64,000 bases of DNA from Raja brachyura (Eukaryota). A model generated the notes under the pieces. The model did no database searches, was not told the DNA's origin, and saw only the letters and a list, made by a program, of their open reading frames with translations. The DNA lies in NCBI GenBank assembly GCA_963514005.1, contig OY740806.1, positions 32,860,001 through 32,924,000 on the forward strand. The letters are read 5' to 3'. Shown piece after piece: positions 1 through 13,262 of this stretch. The position numbers and the translations under genes are program-made. Every line of letters begins with the position of its first letter. The stretch's first letter is position 1.

Positions 1-263
1 GATGTTCGTCCCGTACAAGTGGCCAAAGCTCATACACAAAGATGAAGCTCCAATACACAGTGAGGACCTGTTGTATTCTTGGTAGTCACGGCCCCAATGA
101 AATAAAGCCCGTTTGCTCACTAAGATGGATGTTACTAATCTCACTACACCCCTCAAGAAAAAGGTTTGATCCCTTTTCCCAATTTCTTCCTCAACGATAA
201 CCACAGCAAATGACCATTGATTTCATTGCAATTTGTGGATTCTTGTGTGCAAAGCACTTGACT

Positions 264-425
264 TTTTCACTGTACCTCAGTACGTGTGACAATAATCTAA
301 ACTGAAATTAATTTGAGTTTAGTTTATTGTCATGTGTACCGAGGTACAGTGAAAAGCTTTTGATGCATCCTAACCAGTCAGCAGAAAGACAATACATTAC
401 AATTGAGCCATCCACAATGTACAGA
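264..425. repeat. Two tail-to-tail copies of a retroelement 3' tail forming an inverted repeat
   Basis: ttttcactgtacctcagtacgtgtgacaataa (264-) versus ttattgtcatgtgtaccgaggtacagtgaaaa (-355). The same tail occurs at 17760-17885 (+) and 33614-33870 (-). Confidence 0.7.
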
Positions 426-2180
426 AATACTTTATATTTACCTACTTAACAGTCAGTAAAAGTAAAAGATCAAATGAAGTATAGACATTTCTTAGACATA
501 CAAGGTGCTATATTATCCATGCCTTTTTTGCTCCCTAAGAGCATATCTCTGCAATGTGCTTCTGCACTGGAGACATCCACGGACATCAATAGAGCCCAAC
601 AATGTTCGCACTATCACCGTGAAACAAAACCTATCAAAAGTCGTATATCATTCAGTGCCATTCCTGTGGACTGAATGTTCCTTATTTTATTGAATGATTT
701 AAAATGGATTAGAAAGCTTGACATAAATAATCTGAATCATATGCCCTGATACTCTGAATCATTTCTGTATTACATCCATCATAGACACAATGACCCTCTT
801 TGTTGCTTAGGAGGTCTGCCAAAGATTGGAACAATCAGACATTGCACTGATTAAATGTAACTCTGTCTGAAATCCCGAGGAAAGAACTAAATATCGGATG
901 TTACAGAAAAATAATAAACAGTGTACAAATAAACATGTTCCCTTAGTCAAAATCTAACCCTATTTTTTACAGAGGAAGAGTGCGTGAGGATAGGCAAAGG
1001 CAAAACTATAAAAGCAGGCTGTGGATAAAAAATAGGATGCATGTTGCCACTGCAAACTCAAGAGATTTAGACGGAATAAGGGCTTTTTTTTTTTATTGTT
1101 TGTATGCAAAAATGACCCCGATCTGAAAATATAATGCAATATTAGCCGAACACTTGCCAATCAATGTAGGAACACGAATTATTAACTTTCAAGAAATTTC
1201 AAGCCTTAATTTCAATACAACCTCATAATTAGAGGATGTGAAAACAGATTTTGAGTTTGTAAACCTAGTGAGTGAATCAAGTCTACATTTTGAACTGCAT
1301 AAAACAATACAAACAGAACTAAGGCATATATTCCATTCAAAAATCTGCAGCCTGCGGTCAGCTGTGTGACGACAAAGGGAGACAGCGACACCTTTCACAT
1401 CATGCTGCAGATATCATTACATTACTTTCATCTCTCAAACACTAAGGTCTGCATTGGTAGCTTCACATGCAAAATCCCTCCCAAATTACAATTAATTACA
1501 AATGCAATATGCTTAGAAATTTCAGGAATTGATTTTTGTGAATTTTAAATTCAGAATATCGTAGTCAAATCTATATTTAACAATAATGCACAACTTACAG
1601 ACAACACGATTAATCTTGTTTTTTTTAAAAAAAGCTTCTTCAAAAGGTCAGTTGCCAGACATCATGGCTCACAGATTAGATTTAGTAAATGGAACCAAGA
1701 GACTGAAGAGGATGATAGGCCTGTGTGTGGCCACATTGCATAAACCCCGTGTTTGAGTTAGAGCGCCATATCTCAATGCTCATGGCCGATCACTAGCTTT
1801 ATGATGCAATATTATCTGTTGATAGATTGCCGTTTGCTTTCCCATAAAAATGAATAAACTATTCTTCTGGTTAAATCTGTCAATTATACAATTATTTTAA
1901 ATATTAAATTTTCATATTTATTTAGTTAATTATTAAAAACATATTTTCAAGAACAAATATTTATTGAATAAGCAATGAATATTAATTTAAATAATCTCCA
2001 GCATACAATGCACACCAAGCCACAAAAGACAATATTTTTCTTGACACTCTTTGCGGCCGGCGAAAGCACTAATGAATTGGAATGTTTCATCTCTGACTTG
2101 GGTTACCGTGTGCCCTACTTGACTGAATTTCTAAATGAGATGGAGCAACATTAAACAGAAATTGCTCACCCAGATTCCCA

Positions 2181-2279
2181 AGATAGACACAAAGTGCTGG
2201 AGTAACTCAGCGGGTCAGCTAGCATCTCTGGAGAAAAAAGGATGGGTGATGTTTCGGGTTGGAATGCTTCTTCAGACTG
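2181..2279 (-). mobile_element. Short Penelope-derived 3' fragment, degenerate hammerhead core
   Basis: Shared motif tgctggagtaactcagcgggtcag..gcatctctggag...gtttcggg...cttcttcagactg. Confidence 0.75.
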
Positions 2280-3156
2280 CCCAGATTCCTATTCATGTTG
2301 AAAATAAAATAATCACTAATGCACTGATAATACTGTCCCACCTCCCTGAATGTGTTAAGGGATGGACCCATTACATAGGTCAGTGGAACAATGCAATGTG
2401 CTCCATTCTCAACTGCTCAGTGTCATGTCGCGATCAGGTTTCTGCCTCAATGTGAAATTAACTATCCTTTTTAGGGCTTAGCGTACTCCCATTTAATTTA
2501 TCACTTCATGTGGCCACAAAGTGAAGTATTGCCTGAAGAATTCGTGTGGTGGAAAAAAAGGAAATAAAAATCACCAGAATGTCACACAGCTTGCAGTATT
2601 CCAAAAAGACAATTCAACGGCAGGATAGGTTCCAAGCATAACTGAGGGGGAGCATATTAAGATTTTTAAGCAACTTATCATTAAATTAAAAGCATGGCAA
2701 ACATTTTGTGTTTGCTACTGAAGTCTTGAAATTAATTCCAAAATAGAATATAACAAAGACACGAGTCTTGTTTGAACTCAAACCTTCCTTTTTGGGGAAA
2801 GTGAATCAAAGATTGCACATCACTCTCCTGCTAATGTTCCTGAAGAGCACAATATTTGGCACAATGTTCTGAAGGCTATTATTTATCTTATGAGTTGCAC
2901 ACAACCTGGCAAACCAAAACTGTATCACTTTGGTTAATAATTTAATTAAAATTATTTTTGCATATTATTTAATTACAGCCACACAAGTACAACATTCACA
3001 ATTTGTTAACAATTTTTCAGGTGAATGAGGTCCGAATATTAATTCTAGATATTTACCAATAATTATAAATGACATTAACAGAAAACAAGTCAAACTAATG
3101 TAAAATGGTGCAACCAACATTAACAACAAGTTATAAGTCACAACTTACGGTTACAT

Positions 3157-3386
3157 GTTTAAGAAGGAACTGCAGATGCTGGAAAATCAAAGGTAGACAA
3201 AAATGCTGGAGAAACTCAGCGGGCGAGGCAGCATCTATGGAGTGAAGGAAATAGACAACGTTTCGGGTCGAGACCCTTCTTCAGACTGATTAGTCTGAAG
3301 AAGGGTTTGGACCCGAAACGTTGCCTATTTCCTTCGCTCCATAGATGCTGCCTCACCCGCTGAGTTTCTCCAGCATTTTTGTCTAC
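3157..3386. mobile_element. Palindromic Penelope-derived insertion with two hammerhead cores and a TSD
   Basis: Arms 3193-3289 and 3290-3386 are near-perfect reverse complements. Flanking direct repeat acttacggttacat at 3143-3156 and 3385-3398. Confidence 0.88.
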
Positions 3387-4189
3387 TTACGGTTACATAT
3401 TCAAATATATAATAACAAAACCAGTGATTTAACCACCGTAATTTCTTATCTGTAGCTCAATATACCAGCAACTCCTTCAGTAAAATATACCTGGTATTCT
3501 TAAGAGTCACAAGCTGCCCGTTAAACTATGCAACATACATGGCAATCTTCAACTGGAAACTACTACCAACTATCTATTTAGAAAGATGAACTGGGTTAAA
3601 AATTACGAGATGACCAGGCCATTAAAAAAAAAGTACATTTTTCTTATACTACCCATTTCATCAGTATGATCACACAGACACATTCATCCAGTGTTCAGCC
3701 CTACCTGACATCACAATATTGAGACCACAAGTTTTGTTCAGGAAATAGATAATAGCCAACTTTCCATTCTCAGGTATAAACATAATTGTCTGCATTCAAC
3801 AAGATGAATATTACTCTTCAAGTTTTGAAAACATTACGGCAGCAAATTAAGACACTTTGTAACTCCCAAGTGAAAACAAGTTATTCCCTACAAGAATATC
3901 TTCAACCTTGCAAATGAAGTGAAAGATAAGGTTAATCACTTAGAATTCAGAATTATTCAGTTAGAAGTATATATAGTTTCATTGTACGCTTAGTCTATCC
4001 ATTAGTGATAGTGGTAGGAGAGCTGTTAGTAGTGACAACACCAATATTGCTGACCATAGTTCAGATAGTAGGATTATTAAAAATCTCGTTTTGGCAATTT
4101 AACATTTTTGGAGGGTCAGCCTAAAGATAGCTTTGATCACTTAAGTGGGGATTTTAAAGTTTTGGGAGCAGGGCAGCTGAGATTTGCAA

Positions 4190-4640
4190 GAGGAAGATTC
4201 ACCAGGATGTTGCCTGGATTAGTGAGTATTAGATGTAAGGAGAGGTCGGCTTAACTTGGTTTGTTTTCTACCTAAATCTTTGGAGGTTGGGGGTTGGCCC
4301 GACAAGTATGTCTAATTATGATAGGTATAGATATTGTCTTTTTTCAAGGATGTATGTGTCACATACTAGAGACCTTAGATTAAATGTGAGAGGGAGATTT
4401 ACGCTCAAGTCTTTTTTTGACACTGAGAGTGGTAGGTGCCTGGAATGTGCTGCCAAGGGAAGTAGTAACAGATATGATAGGAATGTTTAAGAAGCATTTT
4501 GACAAGCACATGAACAGGCACTTGGGCACATGTACAGGAATGGAGGGATGTAAACCATGTGCAAGAAGATGGGATTAATCACAATTTGTATCATGGTCAG
4601 CAGACAACAGGGGCTGAAGGGCTAGTTCCAGTGCTATATA
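4190..4640 (+). mobile_element. Degenerate CR1 LINE 3' fragment
   Basis: agattcaccaggatgttgcctggatt ... gagagtggtaggtgcctggaa ... gggctgaagggc. Homologous to 17231-17754. Confidence 0.75.
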
Positions 4641-5289
4641 GTTCGAGGTCAAGGTCATACCAGGATATCACTCTACTAGACTATTACACCAGAATTGTAA
4701 TGGAGGGATTTATAGCGTTGGTTTCTATGCTCTCCCAGTGAGTGTGTGGGGTTTCTGCCAAATGTTATGATTTCCTCCCACAAAGAAGTGGTGGTAGATC
4801 AATTGGCTACAGTAGGCAATTGCCAACAGGATTCAAAAGGGAGCAGGATTGGCATGTTGAAGAGACCAAGCTGCAAGTCCATAGGGAAATAAAGAGGAAA
4901 GGGATTGCTCTGTTGGGAGCAAGCATGGCCCAGAATACCCCAATCACCTCTTCCTATTCCATAGCATGTAAAAATTATATTTCAGGGTATAAAATTTGGT
5001 GTTTCACTGAAAATAGTGTGCATGCAATGAAACAGATCCCAGAATCTTTTATTGCTTCTAAAATAAAATCGTTCAAGTATCTACAGTACCATCCTGCCAA
5101 CTATTATGGATCAAGAAATTCATCGCCAATACGATAGAAATTCAAAGCTGGGACTGAAACTCAGAGATCTCAAAGGGAAGAGATCAATAAAATGTATTTC
5201 AGACAGTCAATCTATATCTGTATCAATAGAGAAAACATTTGTCTATGCATGTGGGAACTTGTTCAGAAAAAGGAAAGGTATAAAAAAAG

Positions 5290-5394
5290 GACACAAATTG
5301 CCGGAGTGACTCAATCGGTCAGGCAGCTTCTCTGGGTAATATGGATAGGTGACATTTCAGGTCAGGACCATTCTTCAGACTGATCTGAAGGGTC
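5290..5394 (-). mobile_element. Short Penelope-derived fragment
   Basis: Same motif ending cttcagactga, followed by a short inverted tctgaag. Confidence 0.7.
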
Positions 5395-5855
5395 TTATTT
5401 AGGGATGCACAGTATGGAATATGATGAGATGAAAGCTTGTGTGGAGCTAATAATAATGGTTCAGGTATTCAAGCCCCACACTTGGCTATCTGTAACACTG
5501 CAGATGTATGCACACATTTTTTTGGAGAAGGCAGGGCAAGCTAAAGTATCTGTTTAACAAAAATTAGAAGGGGCCTTGACTTTTATGCCAAAACTATACA
5601 ACAAACCCAGTACAAGTTCAAATCTGAACAAACTTTCAACAAGGTGGTGGCCTTGGTTATGAAGCACAGCTTTACTAGAATGTCTGAGCCTAGTAACTTC
5701 AGGTAAGTAAAGGTACTGGAAAAATCTGGTTAAGGTTGGTTCCAGATATGGTAACAGTTACACAATGTAATGAAGGAACAAAGGAAAAAAAAACCATTCC
5801 TAACAGAGGACTTTGTTGTAAGGTGACTGACAAAGAACCAGATAATGTAACAATG

Positions 5856-5984
5856 TTTAAGAAGGAACTGCAGATGCTGGAAAAATCGAAGGTAGATAAA
5901 AATGCTGGAGAAACACAGCGGGTGAGGCAGCATCCATGGAGCGAAGGAATAGGTGACGTTTCAGGTCAAGATCCTTCTTCAGAC
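5856..5984 (-). mobile_element. Short Penelope-derived insertion with hammerhead core and TSD
   Basis: tttaagaaggaactgcagatgctgg...gacgtttcaggtcaagatccttcttcagac. TSD aatgtaacaatg at 5844-5855 and 5985-5996. Confidence 0.85.
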
Positions 5985-8566
5985 AATGTAACAATGCTCT
6001 TTTTTTAAACAAACACCAACTGCTACAATTTGAAATTCAGGTAGTTCTGCTACAAGGCAGTAGTTGCACTCCTAAGAAAACTTGCATTATAGAAAACCTC
6101 ATTATAAACACAATTGTGTCAATGGAGAAAAGGTGGATAGGGCTAGAGCTTTTCAGACTCGCAATAACAAAGTTGTTTTTCCTGCAGGATTTTGAAACAA
6201 AATCTTTTGAAACGTTACAAGTTTATTTTTGTTGCTGCAAGCTAAGAATACTAAAGGCTGTATGTTACATAATTTAATCAATGTACAAGTATCAATGGAA
6301 GCGATTAGTTATAAATGTCATTTGTCACCCGTGGTGAAAGTGAGAGACTGTGTTCTTATTAGACAACGGTGTCTGATTACTGCTGGGTGGTTGTTCTTTT
6401 CCCAACTATATATTTTTGCAAGATAAAGAAAATTCTGCTTGAGTAACTTTTATGTGGTTCTCCAGTTCTCAACTGAAAGGTGTTATAACCCATTCAGCCT
6501 GTTTAAAACAGATAGTGTTCCCCAATTCATCACTCACATTATATCCAACTTGCAGAATGTAATAACGCAGTCTAGAGGAACTACGTGTACACTGCCATAG
6601 TGGGTGGTTGAAACAGATTTAAAGGCAATATTAAAAATTGAATTAAATAAATAACCAAAACAATATAGGGAAAAGAACAAACGAGTGGAATTGATAGGAT
6701 CAATTTTCCAAAGCATTGGCATAATCGGATGATCAGAATGATCAGATCAGATTATTCTATGCGACTGTTAAATGATCCTCAATAGATAAAATAAAAATTA
6801 AATATGTTGAAAACCACTGAGAACTCATGGAATTCCTGACACTGCAACCTTGCCTTTCCATTAAAGATATCCGGATGGAATGCACAATTTACTGGAAGCA
6901 CACCATGCATCGGAAATGTTGATCACAGCAGATTCCTCCTTTATCAAATAAATTTATGAAAGATACTAAAGAGATTGTGTGTGCAAAGTATGAAAGTGCT
7001 ATCCTGCAAACTATTGCATGAAGTGAATGACCAGATGACCCACTATTTTGCAAAAACAGTCGGGTTTAAATCACACATGCTCACAGAGCTTGCCAGAGCT
7101 GGAGTAGGAGGAGAGCACGTTGGGGGGGGGGGGGGGGGGGGGGGATTGGGGTCAGAGGTGAAGGGGACAACCCAAGATCATTAGCGTTTCCAGCAGTTAA
7201 CCTATGCTACTTCATAGCAGTGATCTTTTAAATTTAAATTAAAAAAACCTGCAGATTCTGGAAATTTAAAACTAAAAACTAAATTTTGGATTAGTCAACA
7301 GATCAGGCAGCATCTGTGGCAAGAGAAAAGAGTTAACATTTGATAATCTTTCATCTGAACCTCTGTGAATTTGCTTGAACATGGTATACCAGGAATCTAT
7401 TCTTATTAGCTTACACTACTCCAAGCTTGGAAGATGAGAGAACAAGAGCATTCAAGACCTTAAATTATGACATGTCCTTTTTCACACAATTATTTACTAC
7501 TGGTGTTAAATTTATCACACAATTTTACAATAACTTCTCGATACATCAGGCTAAATTACACCTAATTTGTTGAGCACAAGAGTAAGGTAAAATTACATCC
7601 ATTACATCCAATATTACCATAAAACTAATATTATATGGTAAGAAATGTCACGTACACCAGAACTGTCATTACATAGCTGCTTTTTAAATCTTGATTTGTT
7701 AGGTTTAAATAAAAGCACATTTTTTTTACCATCTCTACATTTGATCAAAAATAATGCTAAAAGTATACCAGACAAAGTTGGCCTCCGACATTTGAGCAAA
7801 CTCTAGTTATTGGGAAGTAAAGAACTGCACATTGGACTCAATATTGCCCAAATCAACTTGCACAGAACAGGAACAAATAGACTAATAGAACAAATAGAAA
7901 TTAAATGAAGATGAAACTGCTCTTAATCCAATTTATCATGTTTTGTCTTCAAATGTTTCACTTTCCTCTCAAACGATACTGACTTACAGTATCTTATAAA
8001 CTTAGGCTACTGTACTATGATAGTTACAGATCCACTGTACAGATCCATTGCCGTTCCTGTGCAATCTTAATGTAGACAATTTTTAATCCAACATAAGACA
8101 CTTTCAATGTGTTTTTTAAAAAATCAGTTCAAATCACAATTCAGTGCAAAAACATTAACTAATTTCCTAAGAGCAGAGGTACAAGTATTTATTTTTAATT
8201 GGAAACTGAATGTGCCAAAAATAAAAACTTAGACGCTGGAAATGTGAAACAAAAATAATTTTTTTAAATCCTGGAAATACTCAGCCGATCGGGCAACATC
8301 TATGGAGAAAGAAAGAAAATTCACATGGGCAAAATATAGATTATGTTTTGTCAAAACAAAGCTCTGATAAGAGCTTCCCTACATAAAACTCTGATCCTCT
8401 CTTCATTGATGCTGCCTTACCTGTTGAGTATATATGGTTTGCAAGTCCAATATGTCATGTTATAAGGGCATGATTAATGTATGAGAATAATTTTAAGGAT
8501 CAAGCTGCAATTTTTCAATCCTGACTTTCCTCATGTACTTGTCATTGAATGCACTGTGATATCTTA

Positions 8567-9111
8567 AGGGCCTGTCCCACCAGCATGCAACTCTATGCGA
8601 TGAACGCGATCAAACCGGCAGCGGGGGCCGCGCGGAGGTCGGGTGATCTCCTGTACAGGGCCGTTCCCACCAGCATGCGCCTGCATGCGGCAAGCGCAAC
8701 TAAACCGGCAGCAGGGGCCGGTCGGAGGTTGGGTGAGTGGCGCAACGCAACGTAAGTTTGCCAGGACTTAGAGGGGCACACAGAGAGGGGCACCGAGGCA
8801 CACACACATACAGGGCCACAGAGCCACACACATAGAGGGTCACGGAAGCACTTACAAATAGGTTCACGGAGGCACGATGTCCGGGCGGTGTGTAAATGTC
8901 GAGGCGACTGCGCGTCGACAAGCCGTTGCCGCGCAGAATTTTTGGACATAGTCGGTTTTGCGGAGCCCCGCGCGGTGTCGGGACGAACTACGCACAATTC
9001 CGCACGGCTCCGGTGATCGAAGTGGGACCGGCCCCGCGATGCCGGACAGCTCAAGCGACCACGTTAGGTCGCGCTAATCGCATGGAGTTGCATGCTGGTG
9101 GGACAGGCCCT
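8567..9111. mobile_element. PIF/Harbinger-type MITE
   Basis: TIR agggcctgtcccaccagcatgcaactc / gagttgcatgctggtgggacaggccct. TTA TSD at 8564-8566 and 9112-9114. GC/CpG-rich, with the left end duplicated at about 8657-8737. Confidence 0.85.
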
Positions 9112-9836
9112 TTAAGCTATAAACCAACTATTGTTGAAAGCAATGGTAAACCAGGAATGATTCAAGGGTTAGCGGTACATAAAATAAACTGCCTTAAAAT
9201 CTACCCAGTGGAGTGGTCACTTTGCAGCAAATTGCATCTTCGATTTTTAACTTTTACATTCAAGTCACATTTTATGCACAAGTATTTCAAAAAGGGAATA
9301 TACAACTCACAAGGTGCAAGGGGCAGCCTTCTTGCCACTACTGATGTAACTAGCTGCTGCACGACTTTGCACCATTGGCTACGACTTTCCTTTTTTGAAC
9401 CAATATGATTTGGAATTCAATTATCATATTCAAGTTACCGCATAAAAACAATTTGTTAATTAAATTTGGAATGTTTGTACAAAAATAGACCCCTTTTTTC
9501 TGAATGGCAGTCTGATACAAGTGCTAACCTAGGTCCACAACAATAATTGCACATCGTAGCAGCAGGCATTTACGAGGAACAGCAAGTAGGTGCCCATGTT
9601 AAAGCTCATTACTCTGGTACCATGACTCTGAATCCTAACTATTATAGCACTTTAAACTTAATTTACACAAAGCGTGCACATGTAGAGAAGGGCTTGTTAC
9701 AGCATAGAATAAGTCTTTCAATATCATACATTCCATACTTCAAATTTGTGCTACAGTTTGTGTGAAAATAGTGACATCCATACATGATGTAGCATTTGAT
9801 GTAGAATTTAAGGGAATTCACATTATATTCAAATAA

Positions 9837-9842
9837 TTTATT
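9837..9842 (-). promoter_or_regulatory. First AATAAA after the CBL stop (candidate proximal polyA signal)
   Basis: tttatt on + about 340 nt past the stop. Further candidates at 8188, 6222, 5048, 1960, 1091 and 686, so the true 3' end is undetermined. Confidence 0.3.
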
Positions 9843-10178
9843 ATAATCAGACAAGAATGAACCAATTGAAATCATATTGTAATGGATTGTAACACTTCTT
9901 GCTAAATGATCACTGCCCTTAAGAATGTAACTTTGTCAAGGTCAAGTATCTTATGATACTTTCAAATATAAACTTTGTTTTTTAAAGCCCACAGTTGGAA
10001 TGGAAACAAGGCAGGGAGCTACCTACCGTCCTTCAGTGTATCAGTAATTGCACAGACCTGATTATTCAAATTGATGAGGTGGTAGGGTTACATGAGGCAC
10101 GGCATCACTCAAGCCAAAACTCAGATTAGACACAACCCGTGAGCACTGACTTGCCAGAGTCAATGTCCTGAAGGGTGG

Positions 10179-10447
10179 TTACGTTGCGATATGTGGAGGG
10201 GAAGGAACAGACACAAACTCACGAAGAATATTTTTTGCCATTTCCACGTTATTTTGTGCAATAAGCAATGCCTTTTGTATATCCTGATACGAGTAGCCCT
10301 GGCTCAAGAGGCTGTTGATCTCAGCTGACAGAGTCTGCTGTTGCGGTAGCAACATGTTACAGCTGTTTGATCGATTAGGACTGAATTTGCGCTCAGAGTT
10401 GATTCTGCGAGGTAAAGGTTTGGGGGGTCTTTCAGGCGCAGATGAAT
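10179..10447 (-). CDS. CBL: CBL last coding exon (human exon 16 equivalent): PxxxPR motif and UBA domain, stop TAA
   Basis: Acceptor cacag|AT. Translates (D)[20 protein letters not shown]...[50 protein letters not shown], matching the c-Cbl C-terminus. Phase fits the previous exon. Confidence 0.97.
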
Positions 10448-11307
10448 CTGTGGAAATTTAAATAAAAGTTAAGAGACACAATAATCTGAGATTTTCATAG
10501 GTGCTTTCCTGAAGACACCAATTCATACAGGTTTAAAGGCAGTAACTATCGTATCAGATAGGAATCAAAATTCTGCGCTCCCCCCCCCCCCAGATATTCA
10601 ATTTAGATATTTATCCTTGATTTATAAAAGTTATCTTATTTTTCGAGAGGTGACTACTGCTAGAGTTCAGCTTAACATACAGCAACCAATGCTATAACAT
10701 GCTGCAGGGGGTATTTCTCATCTATTAACCAAACTTGGGAGACTACTCATTCAATACAGACTAATGACTGCAGAACATGTATCCCTTCCAATTTCCCAGT
10801 TTGACATTAGCTAACTCAGCATATACTGGGGAATGAATGTGCAACTTTCCAGGTCAATATCTCTTGTTGGTTCTTTTACTACTAGATCATAAGCAAGTAT
10901 TTAAGACTTGCTTCCTTAAAAGGAAACTAAAGCAAGTTTGAAGGAACTAGAATTAACTCCAAGATTCTCAGTATTTGTAATTTTATATGAATTCATTTAG
11001 CATTCTGAAAAGACTATGGATTCCTTATTGCTATACCCATTACAAAATTAAATCTAACTAATTCCTAAATTTAAATAAATTTAAGGTGAATTCATTTCAA
11101 ATAAAAACCATCTTCAACAGTTATCTAACTTAATAGAATAAAAAACTAAATAAAAACTTCAACAGTTATCTAAAAAGACCATCTATTCAAAACTTGCACA
11201 CTACTCTTGGTACTTTGGCTTACCTAGCACTTGTACAAGAGACTCGTACAAAAGAAACATTGACTATTTTCTAACCTCCAACTTCATGCCTGCTCATTAC
11301 ATTACGA

Positions 11308-11720
11308 AAAAGACTACAAAAAGTTGTGATCACTGCCCAGTCCATCACCTGCTTTGACCTCCCCACCGTCGAAGGGATCAATCGTAGTCGCTGCCTCAAA
11401 AAGGCAGCCAAAATCATCAAAGACCCACACCATCCTGGCCACACACTCATCTCACCAAATGCCATGAGGAAGAAGGTACAGGAGCCTGAAAACGTTAACG
11501 TCCAGGTTCAGGGACAGCTTCTTCCCTACAGCCATCAGGCTATTAAACACTACAACAAATAAGCTCTGAGCTGTGAACTGCAAAAGACTTATTATTGCAC
11601 TATATTTGTTATTTATTGAACTTTTTTTTCCCCTTCCCCCATTACGTACTATGTTTACATATTCACATATTCTGTTGTGCTGCATCCGGGACATATGACA
11701 ATAAAACACTCTTGACTCTA
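11308..11720 (+). mobile_element. Rex1/Babar-like LINE 3' fragment
   Basis: ORF remnant AQSITCFDLP..RCLKKAAKIIKDPHHPGH. Tail caataaaacactcttgactct. Confidence 0.7.
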
Positions 11721-12169
11721 ACCTTGATATTATGACGATACCTCTTGTGGCATTAATACTTTTTTTCTTTCTTGCTTCACTTAAGTTGCCATAATATTAT
11801 TATTTCATTATTTTTAATCCATTGTTATTTCTCACACTGCTCTTCCACCCTATTTCCTCAATGTGTCAAAATCAAAACATAGATAGTACCATCCCCTTTC
11901 ATGCTACAATCTACAGATTTTTTTATAATATCTCAGTGTTATTGATTATTCAGCCTTTACCATTTAGTCATCCCGTGCTGCGTATGCATTGCGATTCATC
12001 TGGGCTTATCAACTAAAAACCAAGCGATGAAACAAAAGCCAAAGCATGGCAACAAACTCAAAATTAAATGGGATATGATGGAAAAAGTATGAGGACAAGT
12101 GTTAAATCTTCTGTGGTTGCAGGGAAAATTACCCAGGGAGGGGGTGGTTTGGGTGGGAAGGGATGAGTG

Positions 12170-12790
12170 AGCTAAGGTTTTGTGGAGGGAGCAGTTTCAG
12201 CAGAAGGTGTAAAGCGATAGGGATGGGAAGATGTGACTGGTTGTGGGATCATGTTGGAGATCGTGGAAATGTTGGAGGATAATGTGTTGAATGGTGAGGT
12301 GAAAGGTGAAGACAAGGGGAACTCTATCTTTGTTCTGTCTGGGGGGGGGGATTGGTGAGCGAGAGCAGAACTATGGGATACAGAGGAGGCGTGGATGATG
12401 GATCCATCTATGACCATAGTGAGGAAGCCACTCTCACTCATAAAAAGACATCTCGGATGTCCTAGAATGAAAAGTCTCATCATGGGAACAGATTTGGCAG
12501 ACGCAGAGAAATTGTGAGAAGGGGCATAGCATCTTTGCTGGTGGCAGGGCGGAAGGACCTGCAGTCCAGATAACTGTGGGAATGGCAGTAGCTTGCAGTA
12601 GACGATGGTCTGTGTCCCATGATGCAGACAGAGAGATCAAGAACGGGGAGAGAGGAGTCAGAGATCGTCCAAGTGAATTTGAGGGTAGGGTGGAAGCTAG
12701 TGGTAAAGTTAGTGAAATGGGTGAGCAGGCAGCCTCAATGCAGTCGTAATGTAGCAGAAAATACTTGGACATTAGTATGTTGTTTGAGAA
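12170..12790 (-). mobile_element. Degenerate Penelope-like internal fragment
   Basis: Minus strand resembles Penelope ORF C-terminal coding sequence (DRVPLV-like stretch). Partly homologous to 44340-44760. Confidence 0.6.
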
Positions 12791-13064
12791 TCTAGGGATC
12801 ACGACTAACTGGAAATCTAACAGAATTAATCACATTAATGCTGTGCTGATTGGAGCAGGATTTTCTGTGGTAACTGCCTCAATTCCTATGGCTATAAAGC
12901 CTTCCACATACTGAATTTCCTATTGTATGTGTAGTTACAACACTCAAGAAGCTTTATACTCTCTGGATAAAACGCCCAAACTCAATTTTAAGGGTGACTG
13001 CATGAACCACAATTGACAGCATTATTAGTGACATTGATTTTCAAAACTAATTTGATCGTCTCAC

Positions 13065-13262
13065 CTTCTGCATGTGCATTGGGGCCAGGTAGATTCTGTT
13101 CAGCAGGTGCACTGGCAAATGCTGAAGTGGTATAAGATATGTCGGAGAGAGTGCGGCGAGCTGGAGGAAGTGGTACAGGTGGTCTGGGGAAATCATATGC
13201 ATCTTCCTCACCTTCACTCTCATCACGTTCAGCCCCATCAGTGATGGCAGAATCACCATTGT
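13065..13262 (-). CDS. CBL: CBL exon 15 equivalent (Y774-type YDFP motif)
   Basis: tgtag|AC ... GAAG|gtgag, 198 nt. Encodes ...[27 protein letters not shown]..., compare human [19 protein letters not shown]. Confidence 0.95.

Noticed and set aside
7122-7144. Long G-runs (also 40421, 40627, 46356, 57294, 61112) as functional G-quadruplexes
   Set aside because: Simple homopolymers, many inside TEs, with lengths that are unreliable in assemblies.
8549-9408. ORFs of 68-170 aa
   Set aside because: They lie in or run out of the Harbinger MITE and have no protein signature.
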